Shown piece after piece: positions 36,601-49,100 of a stretch of DNA of 64,000 bases; the first letter of the stretch is position 1, and every line of letters starts with the position of its first letter. The translations under genes were made by a program, and so were the position numbers. Where the stretch lies: assembly GCA_964106645.2 (NCBI GenBank), contig OZ067042.1; one strand, 5' to 3'. The notes under the pieces were generated by a model. That model saw only the letters and a program-made list of their open reading frames with translations. It was not told where the DNA came from and did no database searches. This DNA is from Podarcis pityusensis (taxonomy: Eukaryota).

Positions 36601-39600
36601 AAATCATAGGGTCCAGGGTCCTGGGGACAGGGTTTGGGCCATCATGTGAAAGGGTCTCTTGGAATAGGCCAAACAAAAATATAGGATGTAGGGAATTCAT
36701 AACTGGCTTCCCCAATGTTTGCTTTTACTTATAAGCAGATGGTAGTGGAACTCTGAATTTGATTGGAGCAGTATGGAGCAAGGCAATTTAACTCTTCCCT
36801 TAAAGATGGCATTTCTTGTTACTTTATTAGAATAATGTGTGCCCCACCTTTTACATCTACCAGAGTAGGACTCTGAGAAGCTAAGAACATTCAAGAAACA
36901 ACAAAGCAATCATTAAAAATTAAAATGGGGAGGGGAAGAAACAAGACACAATAGGGCAGATAACTGAGAACATCATCATCTGCTTAAAATAAATAAGGCT
37001 AATAAAAAGCCGGGCTCCTCTACTGCACACAGCAGCTTCCAAGGTGTGGATTGAACGCTGGGCGGGGTGGAAAGGCTAGCAGGACCCCTTCTCTTAGAAT
37101 AGAATCATAGAATCATAGTGTTGGAAGAGACCACAAGGGCCATCGAGTCCAACCCCCTGCCAAGCAGGAAACACCATCAAGAGTACTCCTGACATATGGT
37201 TGTCAAGCCTCTGCTTAAAGACCTCCAAAGAAGGAGACTCCACCACACTCCTTGGCAGCAAATTCCACTGTCAAACAGCTCTTACTGTCAGGAAGTTCTT
37301 CCTAATGTTTAGGTGGAATCTTCTTTCTTGTAGTTTGGATCCATTGCTCCGTGTCTGCTTCTCTGGAGCAGCAGAAAACAACCTTTCTCCCTCCTCTATG
37401 TGACATCCTTTTATATATTTGAACATGGCTATCATATCACCCCTTAACCTCCTCTTCTCCAGGCTAAACATGCCCAGCTCCCTTAGCCGTTCTTGGTGTC
37501 ACTGCTGTAATCAAAATTAAGACAATCATTTCTCCTGCATGGCTGCTGTTAAAAAACATAGCAATAGAAACTTTAGGAACGCTGATCTTAGATTTCTCCC
37601 ACATTTAATGGAATTTGGCCCATATAGCCTGGGGGAATACAATTTGTAAGACTCCATTTCTGATTTTGCCCATTGTCTCTGCTGTAGTTGGGCTTTCAGT
37701 AACTGAATCTGATAGCTTTTCTGTGCACTGTTTTGAGTGCTGTAGCATGGAAGCAGCCTTTACTTGCTGACATGCTTATTCCCTATTTATCAGTGTAGTC
37801 CTTTTTCTTTCCTGGGTTTTTTTTGTTTTTTGTTTTTTTTTACTAATTTCAGGGATGCAGAGTATTTACAATGACTGAAACAAATGTTTTCCAAATTTCC
37901 AAGGGCATGTTTGTGCCTTCCCCATTTTCACAGGCCCCTCCCTGTAAAATGAAAGGACAACCTTAGCTTAATCCAACTCTGTCAACTTGAAGCTTCTACC
38001 TTGGACACACTCCCAGCAACTAGTAATTGCCTTGCAGGCAAGTTTGTGCACGCTCAGGTAACACCAGGACATGGTCTCCGGAAAACCTGGTGCTAGTATG
38101 AAACTGACTCTGTGAAACTTGTTTCAAGCAAACCACAAGTGTTTAAACTTATGGATTTAATAGAATCTTAGAGCCGCAAGAGACTGTAAGGATCATTAAT
38201 GCCAAGTCCCTCAGGCAGAATGCAATGTACCTAAATCATCCTTACCAAAGCTGTAAAGCCAAAAGAGGCTCCACGACATCTCGTTTGTGTCTTTAAATAA
38301 TAAGAGAGAAAATTCCTTTCGGTGCATAGGCAGTCATGATTAATCAGCAATTTATGGCAGCTAGTACTGCAGATACAGTGGTACCTCAGGTTAAGTACTT
38401 AATTCATTCTGGAGGTCCGTACTTAACCTGAAACTGTTCTTAACCTAAAGCACCACTTTAGCTAATGGGGCCTCCTGCTGCTGTTGTGCCGCCGGAGCAT
38501 GATTTCTGTTCTCATCCTAAAGCAAAGTTCTTAACCTGAAGCACTATTTCTGGGTTAGTGGAGTCTGTAACCTGAAGCGTATGTAACCTGAAGCGTATGT
38601 AACCCGAGGTACCACTGTATAACTTCTGCTCCTCTCAGACTGCAGTTTCTATGATACTATGACATTTTTCCCCTCAGTGAGAAGGTTAGTTGAGCTTAGA
38701 GGAATGATCCATCTTTGGGGAATATTAAGACCTGACCCTGAAAGTTGTTGACCCAACTAGGGATGCGCTTTAAGAATCAATACAGAATCTGTGGTTCTGC
38801 AAAAGCTGTTGGGCTGTAATTCCCATCATCCTTGAGCACTGGTCATCCTGGCTGAGGCTGATGGGAATCAGAGAGTCCAACAGTATCTGGAGGGTTGCAG
38901 GTTCCTCATCCCTTTAAAGGCTTTCTCAGGCTGGTGTTTGGAACCGCAAGGCAAGACAGTTGCTTTCAACATGTAACCATATGGCTACGTTCAATATTAT
39001 CATCTCGCCCACTTACTGGATTTTGAATGGTTGGAGTGATGCTGGTTAGATCCTGATCGCTTGTGATTACAGACACCACACAGAGGACAGAGAGGGGTGT
39101 GTGAGTGTATGATAAAACTAGCCTACAGTACAGAGATTAAATTCACAGTGATTGTTCTGCCTATTTTTGCCTGTGCCCCTTGCACTGAAAAGGGTTCCCC
39201 ACTCGTGATCTAGAGGCTGAAAACTTTAGCAACTGGGAACAAAACAAAGAAGTGTAATGTACTGAGTTTTTGCTTAATGAATGGTGATGTGCATTTGAAT
39301 TCTTATTCCCTCCTGGACCTTCACTTGCTAATGTATTACATGCTAATGTATGTAATGGTTTACATACGCTTCAGGTTACAGACTCCGCTAACCCAGAAAT
39401 AGTACCTTGGGTTAAGAACTTTGCTTCGGGATGAGAACAGAAATCGTGCTCCGGCGGCGTGGCAGCAGCAGGAGGCCCCATTAGCTAACGTGGTGCTTCA
39501 GGTTAAGAACAGTTTCAGGTTAAGAACAGACCTACGGAACGAATTAAGTACTTAACCCGAGGTACCATTGTATAAGGAATGTTATCCTTGGTTTCTTTTC

Positions 39601-42600
39601 AGCATGTATACTTCACCCCACCCCCCGCCAGTCCTCTTCTCCACCTCCTTCTGTCCTCCCAGCCAATCTGACTTCTTAACATTATTACTATGTGTTGTGA
39701 TTAAAACCCCTCTTTCTCTTCTGCCAGTTATGAATTGCTCTGCCCCAGTTGATGTCTTGTTTCTGTTCGATGGATCTTACAGCATTGGCAAAGGGAGCTT
39801 TGAAAGGTCAAAATATTTAGCAATCAAGCTTTGTGATGCTCTGGACATCAATCCAGGAAAGGTGAGCACCCTCCACCCCCAGTTTATTCCACTCACTGGG
39901 TGCCGTGTAGAATCTGGGAGATGCATGTTGTGTATGTCCGTAGGAGAATATAGGCAACTTGGGGAATTCTTGTTAGTTTATCTTTATGGGGTTTGCTAGT
40001 TCACTTCCCATATCTGTTCTTGCTGTAGCCATTTTGAGCATTCCTGGAATGGTAGCAACTGCATAAAAATAAATCCGCCTTGTTGACCTTCCCCTCCCCT
40101 TTCAGGTCAGAGTGGGAGCAATACAGTTCAGCAACACTCCTCATTTGGAGTTCCCTTTGGATGCATATTTCACCAAGCAGGAGATAAAAGACAAACTCAG
40201 GAAGATTGTGTTCAAGTAAGAATTATTATACGTGCGAGTTCTTATTAAGGAAGTTAAAATAAGTAGTTGGCAAGTAATAGTTTCATTCTGATAGTTGCAT
40301 GTTCATGTTGTATTTGGAACATTTTACTTTCAATGTTGTGAATGAAATATTTAATGATTTATTCACTGATTTATATCTTGACTTCATTATTTTATGGAAT
40401 CGGGGGGGGGGGGGCATCCATTTGGTTCCCAGCTGGTCTCCTGTCAACCAGACCACCAGCTTAGCTTCAGCAATATGATAGCCTCATGTATCTCCAGGAA
40501 CCTAACTTAATTGATATATTTATATTTAAGTTGCTTTTCCATATCCAGCCATATTCGGTGTCCCATGGTGCAAATAGTTTAAATGTCAGTCTAACTTAAC
40601 AAAAACGCTGGCATGGGAGTAAGTTACGTTTAATCCAATAGGTCTTATTTCCAAGTGGATGTATTAAGAATCAGAGTGTGGGTCACCAACTACAAAGGTT
40701 CTGCTAGAACAGGCCAAAGGCATGGATCCAGCTTCCTATTCTCACAGTAGCCAACCAGATGCTTATGGGAAGCCAATAAGCAGGACCTGAGTGTAAGAGA
40801 ACTTTCTCTATTTGTGATTCCAAACAAAACAGTATTCAAAGGCACATAGCCACCCACCCCCTAAGTGTGCTTAAGGCCATGAGATTACAAACATTACAGT
40901 GAATCAGAGATGGTCTCTTGGTGACAACCTTCATGTACAGCAAGGACTTACAAGGAACTGTTCTGGGTGGCCATTCCTTAGCTTTGGAATTCCTTCTAGT
41001 GTACATGCGTGTCGGTTACATTCTGGACCTCCACGTGCATCGGCAGCACCCACATAAGGCCACCTCTCCCCGTTCCCACCCCTTTTGTGATGTCATGCAC
41101 ATATCAGACACGCCTAAGACAGTCGTAGGGGTGTGTGTGTGTGTTGTGGATTATTTTTTTTGTCCCAAGGGATAGACATGAGGTCTCTAAGTGGCTAATT
41201 TGTGCTGTTTTTGCATATATATTTCCCCATAACATGGTGTAGCCTAATATTTAGAAAGTTTTCCTCATTTTTACTTATTTTGAAGCATAGTTCCCCCCTT
41301 CTCTTTCAAACCCCAACATGTGCACACAGACACTCTATGCGCCAGGAAGATCTCTGCCCACCTCCAGGGCTCTCACGCAGCCCTCCCTCTGCATGATCAT
41401 TTTGGACACCAAGTATGCACCTACACCTGCCACCAGGAAAGAGATGGAGAAGAGAGAAAAATGGGGTTCTGTTGTGCTAAGTGGAGATTCCTCTCTGCCT
41501 CTTGTGGGACTGAACTGAGCTGTTAATGTTTCAAGAGAAGACAGGGTATGAAAAGCATACCCCCGATTCCTCTTTGACTGCTTCTGAAGTGCAACTGAAA
41601 GCAGAGGCTGTGAAATGGTATTGAATATCTGGAATCTAGACATGTGCTGACATTCCTTTAATGCTGAGAAGAGAACGTTGACAGCTCCAGCAGAGATAAC
41701 GTCCTTCAGTTTGCCAGTAAATCCTGGTTTTAGCTTAAAGATATCACTGGCAAAAATAGCCAGGATGGCAGCAACCACTTCAGAGGGCAGAATTGGAAAA
41801 TATGAAGGTCTACGTTCATGGCCATTTGGTTCTCTCCCTCCCTCTTCAATCTTTTGTCTGTGGCTCTTAATGCTAAGATAGGCTTCAAGCAGTTTAGAAG
41901 TATCACAACCAATGACGCATGCATTAAAATAGAGTGGGCCAGATTCAGCCACCTCATTCTGTTAGTAGAAGCCAATTCAAGGATTCCCGCTAGTGCATTG
42001 GGGCTGTGAGTCGATATCTATAGGGTGATTCTGGTTCGCATAGTGTCCTCCTTCATGACTCCATTGTGCTTCACAAAATCACTTTCTTGCTGATAAGACA
42101 CATGAAAAGGATAAGCATCTTGCCACAGTGTTTTTAATCACCTGCATGCAAATTTTACATCACTTAGGGGGTACACCATTCCTTTTTCTCTCTGGGTGTT
42201 AGTGCCAAGAAGACACAGTGCCAGAAAACAAAGAGGAGGCTGTTTTCTGGTGACAAACTCACACGCCTCACACGCAGGTATTCATATGAATGTGAGGTAT
42301 GCGTGTGTCAATTTTGTCGTAACAAACAATGTGGAAAGGACATTCCTGGTTTGGTTGGTAAACTAAAACCGAAGGGCCTGCCAACTCATTGACTGAAAGG
42401 AACTCCCATCTCATCAATCGAAAAACAGCCCTGGTTGCACAGGATCTAAGAAATCATTTTTTTGAAAAACCTGCAGCATTTAAAATCAAAGCCATCAAGA
42501 GTTTCGAGTCATTTGGAGATGGAAGCAAAGCAATGACAAAATGCAGGTGGCTAAGGAAGATTTGACTGCTACTGCAGTGTTGCTGATGCGTTCTTGACAT

Positions 42601-43061
42601 GTGGCTCAAGAGAGAGAACGTTTAAGTAAGGGAATAAAGGGGAGACCTAGAAAAGATCAAAGCCGGCTCTGGCAGGAGTTTAGAGAACTGAGAATTATAG
42701 GGTGGTACAAAGAGAAGTGTGCAGATTAAAGAACCAAGCATCACAAAGCGTGAGTATGATCAAATACTGACTACACAAGGAAATACAGAAATCACAATAA
42801 GGGTCATTTTTTAAAAACTGAATAAACATGGCCCAAAAGAGAGAGTTGTAGGCATGTGGAAATGAGGGGGTAACATTGTGATTTATTTTAAAAGGAGTTT
42901 ATTCACAATTTTGCCCCGATCATTTTGAATGGAAATAAAAGCAGCTCTAAGAAAGAGTAACTGGAAATGGTCAAACTCCCACAACAGGCATAGAAAACAG
43001 AGATAATCAAGGGAGTTTTGTTACAGAGTTAGTTGGAGTGGTGACTGGAAGTATGCAAGAA

Positions 43062-43104
<43 letters not shown>

Positions 43105-46100
43105 TCTTTATTGTCATTGCCCCCTTCGGGGACAACGAAATTACTTGACTGCTCCATAAAAACACTAATTAATCAATACAGTATAATACAGCAAGGGAGA
43201 TTAGATGACTTTCAAAGTCTGGGCTTCCCATTCAGGGCCGAGATCGCTCTGGAGAAGAAGCTGTTCTTAAGACGGCTTGTTCTTGTCTTCATCGTCCTGT
43301 ATCTCCGTCCCGACGGCAAGAGCTCGAAGAGACAGTGACCAGGATGCGATGGATCTTTTACTATGTCCAGTGCCTTCCTATGGCACCTTGTGGCATAAAT
43401 CTGCTCTAAGGTGGAGAGTGGGCAGCCAACAATGCTCTCTGCTGCCTTAACAACCCTGCACAACCCCATCCTGTCCTGGGTAGTACAGCTTCCGTATATA
43501 ATACTGAATATGACCACTCTGCAATTCTCACCTTAGATGGCCTCTTCAGTTATGCGAAGTGTTAGCATTGTGGTATTGCCACCACCAGCACACTTGTTTT
43601 ACCACACTGTATATCGTTTCCAGTCTTTCCTTGTGTTTGTTGCAGTCTAGATTCTTTGTATGTCAAGCATGATTTCTCACAGCAGAAGAAGAAAAACCCT
43701 GTGACAGCCAAAAGACTTGGCTAATAGAGCCAGTGACCAGCTAGTAAAATCCAAGGGGGCTTCCCAGAACGGCACTTAATGTCTTGGACTTCTGCAACCT
43801 AACATTTAACAGATGTTGGAGTGCAAGTGTGGGGGCAGAGATGAAACTGCACCTGCAGTGACTCTTTAGAAATCTTTGTAATGCAGCATCCCCTGCAAGC
43901 AGGGCAATATGAATCATGGCATACATATATAACTTGGTACCTGATGACTCTGCATGTGTGAGCCGCCTCCATTGGATGCGGTGACTGTTCCTCGTGTGCG
44001 AGTCATTACTTGCTCTTGTGACTGCCAAGAGATGAACTTGCATCATACATGCACTCACCCTGAGTGCCAGGTTCAGATCTATCTCTATGAGAAGTAGCTT
44101 GTTTTGTGTTAAAACAAATGAACCAGAAGATAATAGAGTTGCCCCAGACTGCAACCTGGAGATTCCCCTGATTAGAAGGTACCATAGGACAAGTGTTTGT
44201 TTTGAACCTCCTGACTGTGAATGGGTGGGGCAATTTGGACCAGAGAAGTGGTGTGTGGAGAGTGTTAATGTTCCTCTCCAGAAGCATGTGGGGTTTTCTC
44301 ACGTGGTAGAAGGGCCGTTGGATTTCATTGTACAGTGGAACCTCAGGTTGCGAACATGATCCGTGCAGGAGGCACATTCACAACCCGCAGCATCGCATCT
44401 GTGCACACACGTGACGCGATTCGGTGCTTCTGCGCATGTGCAAAGTGCGATTTAGTGCTTCCTCACGAGCACCAAAATTTGGAAGTAACCTATTCTGGTA
44501 CTTCCGGGTTCAGTGCATCTGTAACCCGAAAAAGCACAACCCGCAGTGATTGCAATCCAAGGTATGACTGTACATATGTAATGTGTAGTTTCCCCCCACT
44601 TGATAGTACAGTGGTACCTCGGGTTACATATGCTTCAGGTTACATTCGCTTCAGGTTACAGACTCCGTTAACCCAGAAATATTCAGGTTAAGAACTTTGC
44701 TTCAGGATGAGAACAGAAATTGTGCCCTGGCAGCGTGGCAGCAGCAGGAGGCCTCATTAGCTAAAGTGGTGCTTCAGGTTACGAACAGTTTCAGGTTAAG
44801 TACAGACCTCCGGAACAAATTAAGTACTTAACCCGAGGTACCACTGTAATGGGTTATTGGATAAGACTTACTTGACTCCAAAGCAATGTATGATGTCTGT
44901 TGCCTATACTGTCAGTAGGGAAAGGGGAGAAGAATGAAGTAGAAATTACATTTAAGAGGAATGTGCACCATCTCAAAACATTTTTTGCTCCTCTTTGCTG
45001 TCCTGCCTGCTGGAAAGGTAGAATGCATTCTCTTTTTGCTCTCAAACAGCATATTTGTGTATGTTGCACCTATTTTATCAAGATTGTTTTTACTTATGTG
45101 ATACAGCCCTGCTTTATTCCAGTAATAGTCTCCATCGCCTGTTGTCTTTCCAAACAAACCGTATTCTGTATTCTAGCATTTTCCCTGAGCAAATGACAGG
45201 TCTTCTATTGGAAACGAAGCAGAGAGCAGTGTTAACTTATCCCCATTCTTCTTCTGTTTAACTCAGAGGTGGGAGAACAGAAACAGGACTTGCTCTGAAA
45301 TACATTCTTCGGAAAGGATTCTCTGGGGGCAGAAACTCATCCATACCTCAGATCCTTATAATCCTAACTGATGGGAGATCTCAGGGCAATGTGGCAGTGC
45401 CAGCCAAGCAGTTAAAAGAAAGGGGGATTGCTGTGTTTGCTGTGGGAGTCAGCTTCCCAAGGTAAGTTTATCCTCTAGTCTAGAGTGGGAAGAAGCCAGG
45501 GGTGCTCCATTACTTATTGACTACCAGTGACTGAAGAAAAGGCTTGCAGTGGAAGTGAGATTTATCAGGCTAGAGAGTTGAAGAGAAAGTGTTGGTCCAC
45601 ACGCTAGAAACCCATCGCTAGGGAGAGTTTTAGGCATCGCTAGGGAGAGTTTTGTATCCCAGAGAGGTTTACATCAATAAATGAAGAAAACAAACAATAT
45701 AATAAATAAAATATACGAAAACAATTCCATAACCACAAACACACAACAAAATCAACATTAAATTATCCACCAGTCTATAAGAATATTTGACTTTTAAAAA
45801 AAACCCCTGGACTCCTATGCCTCCTCCAAAAGCATGGAAAAAGGCATGTGTATTGACTTGCTTTCTAAAAGAGCATTATGAAGAGGCCAGGCACACCTCA
45901 GTGGGTTGCCAACTCCACAGGAGCCACTATCAAAAAGGTCCTTCCCTTTCCTTGCATTGAGCGTGTATATAAAGCTCCAAGGTGTACGTTTGTGTGCATC
46001 CTTTTTCTATTGGTATAGTGGCAAGGGTATGTGTTGGGAAATCTTTTGTTAAAGTGAATGTGGTAAGAACAGAAAAAGAATGTTTGTGTTTGGAAAATGT

Positions 46101-49100
46101 AGTAACTACAGCAGAGCAACGGCTGCTATTGGGCTTCAGTTTCACACACATCTATACATGCATCATGCTCTTTTAAACAGCCCCTGTTAATTATGACACC
46201 CATTGCCATTATGTTGTTGCCATGCTGCAGTGCTTTATTTGTTGTGCTGAATTATTTCTGTGCAGATGGGAAGAACTGCAGGCACTAGCCAGTGAGCCGG
46301 CCGAATGGCACATCCTCTTTGCCGAAGATGCTGATGACGCCTCCAATGGTCTATACACCACCCTTACAGAGTCTGCCATCTGCCGCGCTGCATTTCCAGG
46401 TAAAAAAGGTTTTTAGTCATCTACACACTGATTAAACAAGTCTTGCCATCTATTTTGTTTAGGCACTAGCTGTCATGTTCAGCGGGTTTTTTTTGTGTTC
46501 CTGGGCCCAAAGTCTCATTTGTCCTTCCTCCCTCCAGGCTGCTTTTCTAATCTAGGGCATTCTTTCTGTTTATCAGAAGGGAGGAAGGAAGAGAAATTCC
46601 AGACAGAGAGGGAGAAAGAGAAGCTTCAAAGTCTAGTGATTAAGGGTAGAGCTGCTATTTGCTTGTAGGGTTGCCTGTTTCTGAGAGCTTGAAGGCAGCA
46701 AGTGAGACTCTCCAGCAGTGGTGCCTCATACACGGCCATTCCATCCCTGCACACGCCTAAGAGAATTAAGCTGCATGTTAAATTTACTGTAGAGCGTGTA
46801 GCAATGTCTTCAGTTTTTGATAATTAAACCATTAGTGTGGTGTGATGCTGGTCCTGCTGTAAATGTCGCAGGTTGTATCTAACACTGCGCAGGCAGAGTT
46901 CCATTTGAGCAATGGGACTTGCCCTCCCAAAATCTGTTTTCCAACCTTCTGGAGAAGATTTTAAGGAAGCGAGTGGGGGGTTGCCAAGTAGAGGAAGGGA
47001 AGTTCTATTGTGGAAGCGGAATAGCAGCATTGGACGCAACACGTACGGTGAGAAGTCCCCCCACCCCAGATACTTTTAATCTGAAGCCCTAGTCATGGGA
47101 GAGGGGCAGTTTCCTTGTAGATTGGGGTTGGGAAGGCAAGAGGTAAGCTCCCCCTCAATACACACTGTATTTATGGTAGGAATTGTACTTCTGCCCCACC
47201 CTACACCTCTTAATTTAATTGACAGCAACAGCAAAAACCCAGAGTTTGTTCCATGCTATGCAGTGCCTATTAGGTGTAGTTTAACCCTTTATAATTGTAT
47301 ATCACAGTAAGCAATACAGAAGGCTGGGCAACGCCTAGGGGGGGCTTCAAGTTAGAGAGGGGGTGCTACCTAGCCAAGTGTCCTGTGTTTCCCTTCCCTC
47401 CACTGCCCACCTTGTTGATTCCCCAGTTTTACCCCATGGCAGTAGCTACATCAAGTATTTGGGTGTATTGTTGGAAATTCAAAATGGTGGTTGGCCTCCC
47501 TTCCACTGCTATCAGAAAAGCAAGTGTGAAAGAAAGACAGAAAGCTACCTCATATCAGCTCAAGTAGTTTGTCCATCTAGCCCAGTATTTTCTACTCATC
47601 TAGCCCAGTATTTTCTACTCTGAAAGCCTTTTGCTCTTAATGTTTTGCTGTGCTCCCTTTTTGGGGGTGCATAAAGTTTTCGATCTCAGGCAATGAATGC
47701 CTACTCTTGAGACCATTTTCTCCTTGCCCCAGGCTGCGGAGCTGAATCTCACTCTTGCGAACGCAAAACACTCGAGAGAGTCAAAGAGTTTGTTGGAAAC
47801 TACTTTTGCTGGAAGGGGTCGAAGAGCAATAATGCGGTGCGCACGTCGCTCTGCCCATTTTACAAGTGAGTCAGCAGCTGTGTGCTGCCCCTTTAAACCC
47901 CAGTGGGGATCAATGAAACCTATATGTATAGGTGCCCTAGGGAAATGAAGGTGATGGCTGGGCAGGAGTTCAGCACTGTCCTGTCCTGCTGGCCTCTAAG
48001 CAAAGTTTTAAAAAATGAAGTTTAAAAAAGTGGGGGAGAAGCAGGAGAAATGGAGCCCATAACAAAAAAATGGGTTTCAGACACTCCTAGGCTACACCCA
48101 CAACAGCACCTGGAAACTAGTGTCTCCAGCAGTTTAGTGATTTTTGCATTTGAATAAGAAGAGAGATAGAGAGGCAGAGAGATTTGGCTGAGTCCAGTTA
48201 TAGTTGGAAAGCAACACAGTATCTCTTGATTCAGATGCAGGGCACATCATTGTATTCCTGAATTCCCTCCAGTGTCACAATGGATTGCTTTCCTTGAGGT
48301 AGAAAAAGAGCCAGGCCCAAAACTCTCACAGCTGGCCCTAGTACGCAACCGAGGCCTCTCCGGATGTTTTTCATGCCTCTTGGTTGGAAGAAACACTTCT
48401 TCTCTTGTCTTGCTCCTTTGACAGTGCTATAAGATCATCCCTGATATGGGGCGAAGGCTCAATCACTGGCAGGAAATAGCCTCTGCTCATATTGCAGCCA
48501 ATGTGAAGCCCAAAGTCTGCAAACACAGGGCTATATTGTCAGCTTGGGGGCAGCAGGTCCAACAAGAAAATTCCCCGCATGCTGAGTTGAGGATATATCC
48601 TAAAATTATGCAAGATAAGTAATGTCAAATGCCTGTAAAAGGAAGTTGTTGCATGCTCAAATCTTTGTAAGAAGGGCTTGTACCCCTAAGTGAAATATTT
48701 GAGAAAGCACTTGGAAAGGAAAACAGATCTTTGTGCCTTTTGTAGTTTTGTTTTGTTTCTGTATATAAAGAAGTTTTAAAAGATGTAGTATTTCCTTTCA
48801 GCTCCTCCTCCCCCCTGCACCCCCCACTTGTTTCCTCTATGAGAAATCTACCTTGGGGACTAGCTAGGGATGGTGGGAGGAAGCAGGCTTGTGATAGCAC
48901 ACACACACATATCTTGATTGACGCATCGTGGGAAGTAAAGAAATAAAATAGCTTTGAAAAGAGCAAATTTTTATGAGCAGCCAACAGAATTCTGAAGTTG
49001 GAATATCTTACGTAGTATGTAGATTTATGTAAATGAAGAGCATACTTTAAAGATGTACTTCTCGGGAGTTACAGCAAGTGTGTGTGTATGGGGGACAGAG

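Noticed and set aside
41335-41952. 205-aa minus-strand ORF in a VWA2 intron
   Set aside because: GTG start, no recognisable domain, no convincing splice sites; treated as a chance ORF unless tblastn shows conservation
45613-45653. Short tandem duplications (also 23 bp x2 near 47574-47619)
   Set aside because: Two-unit slippage duplications in introns; not CRISPR-like, no spacers
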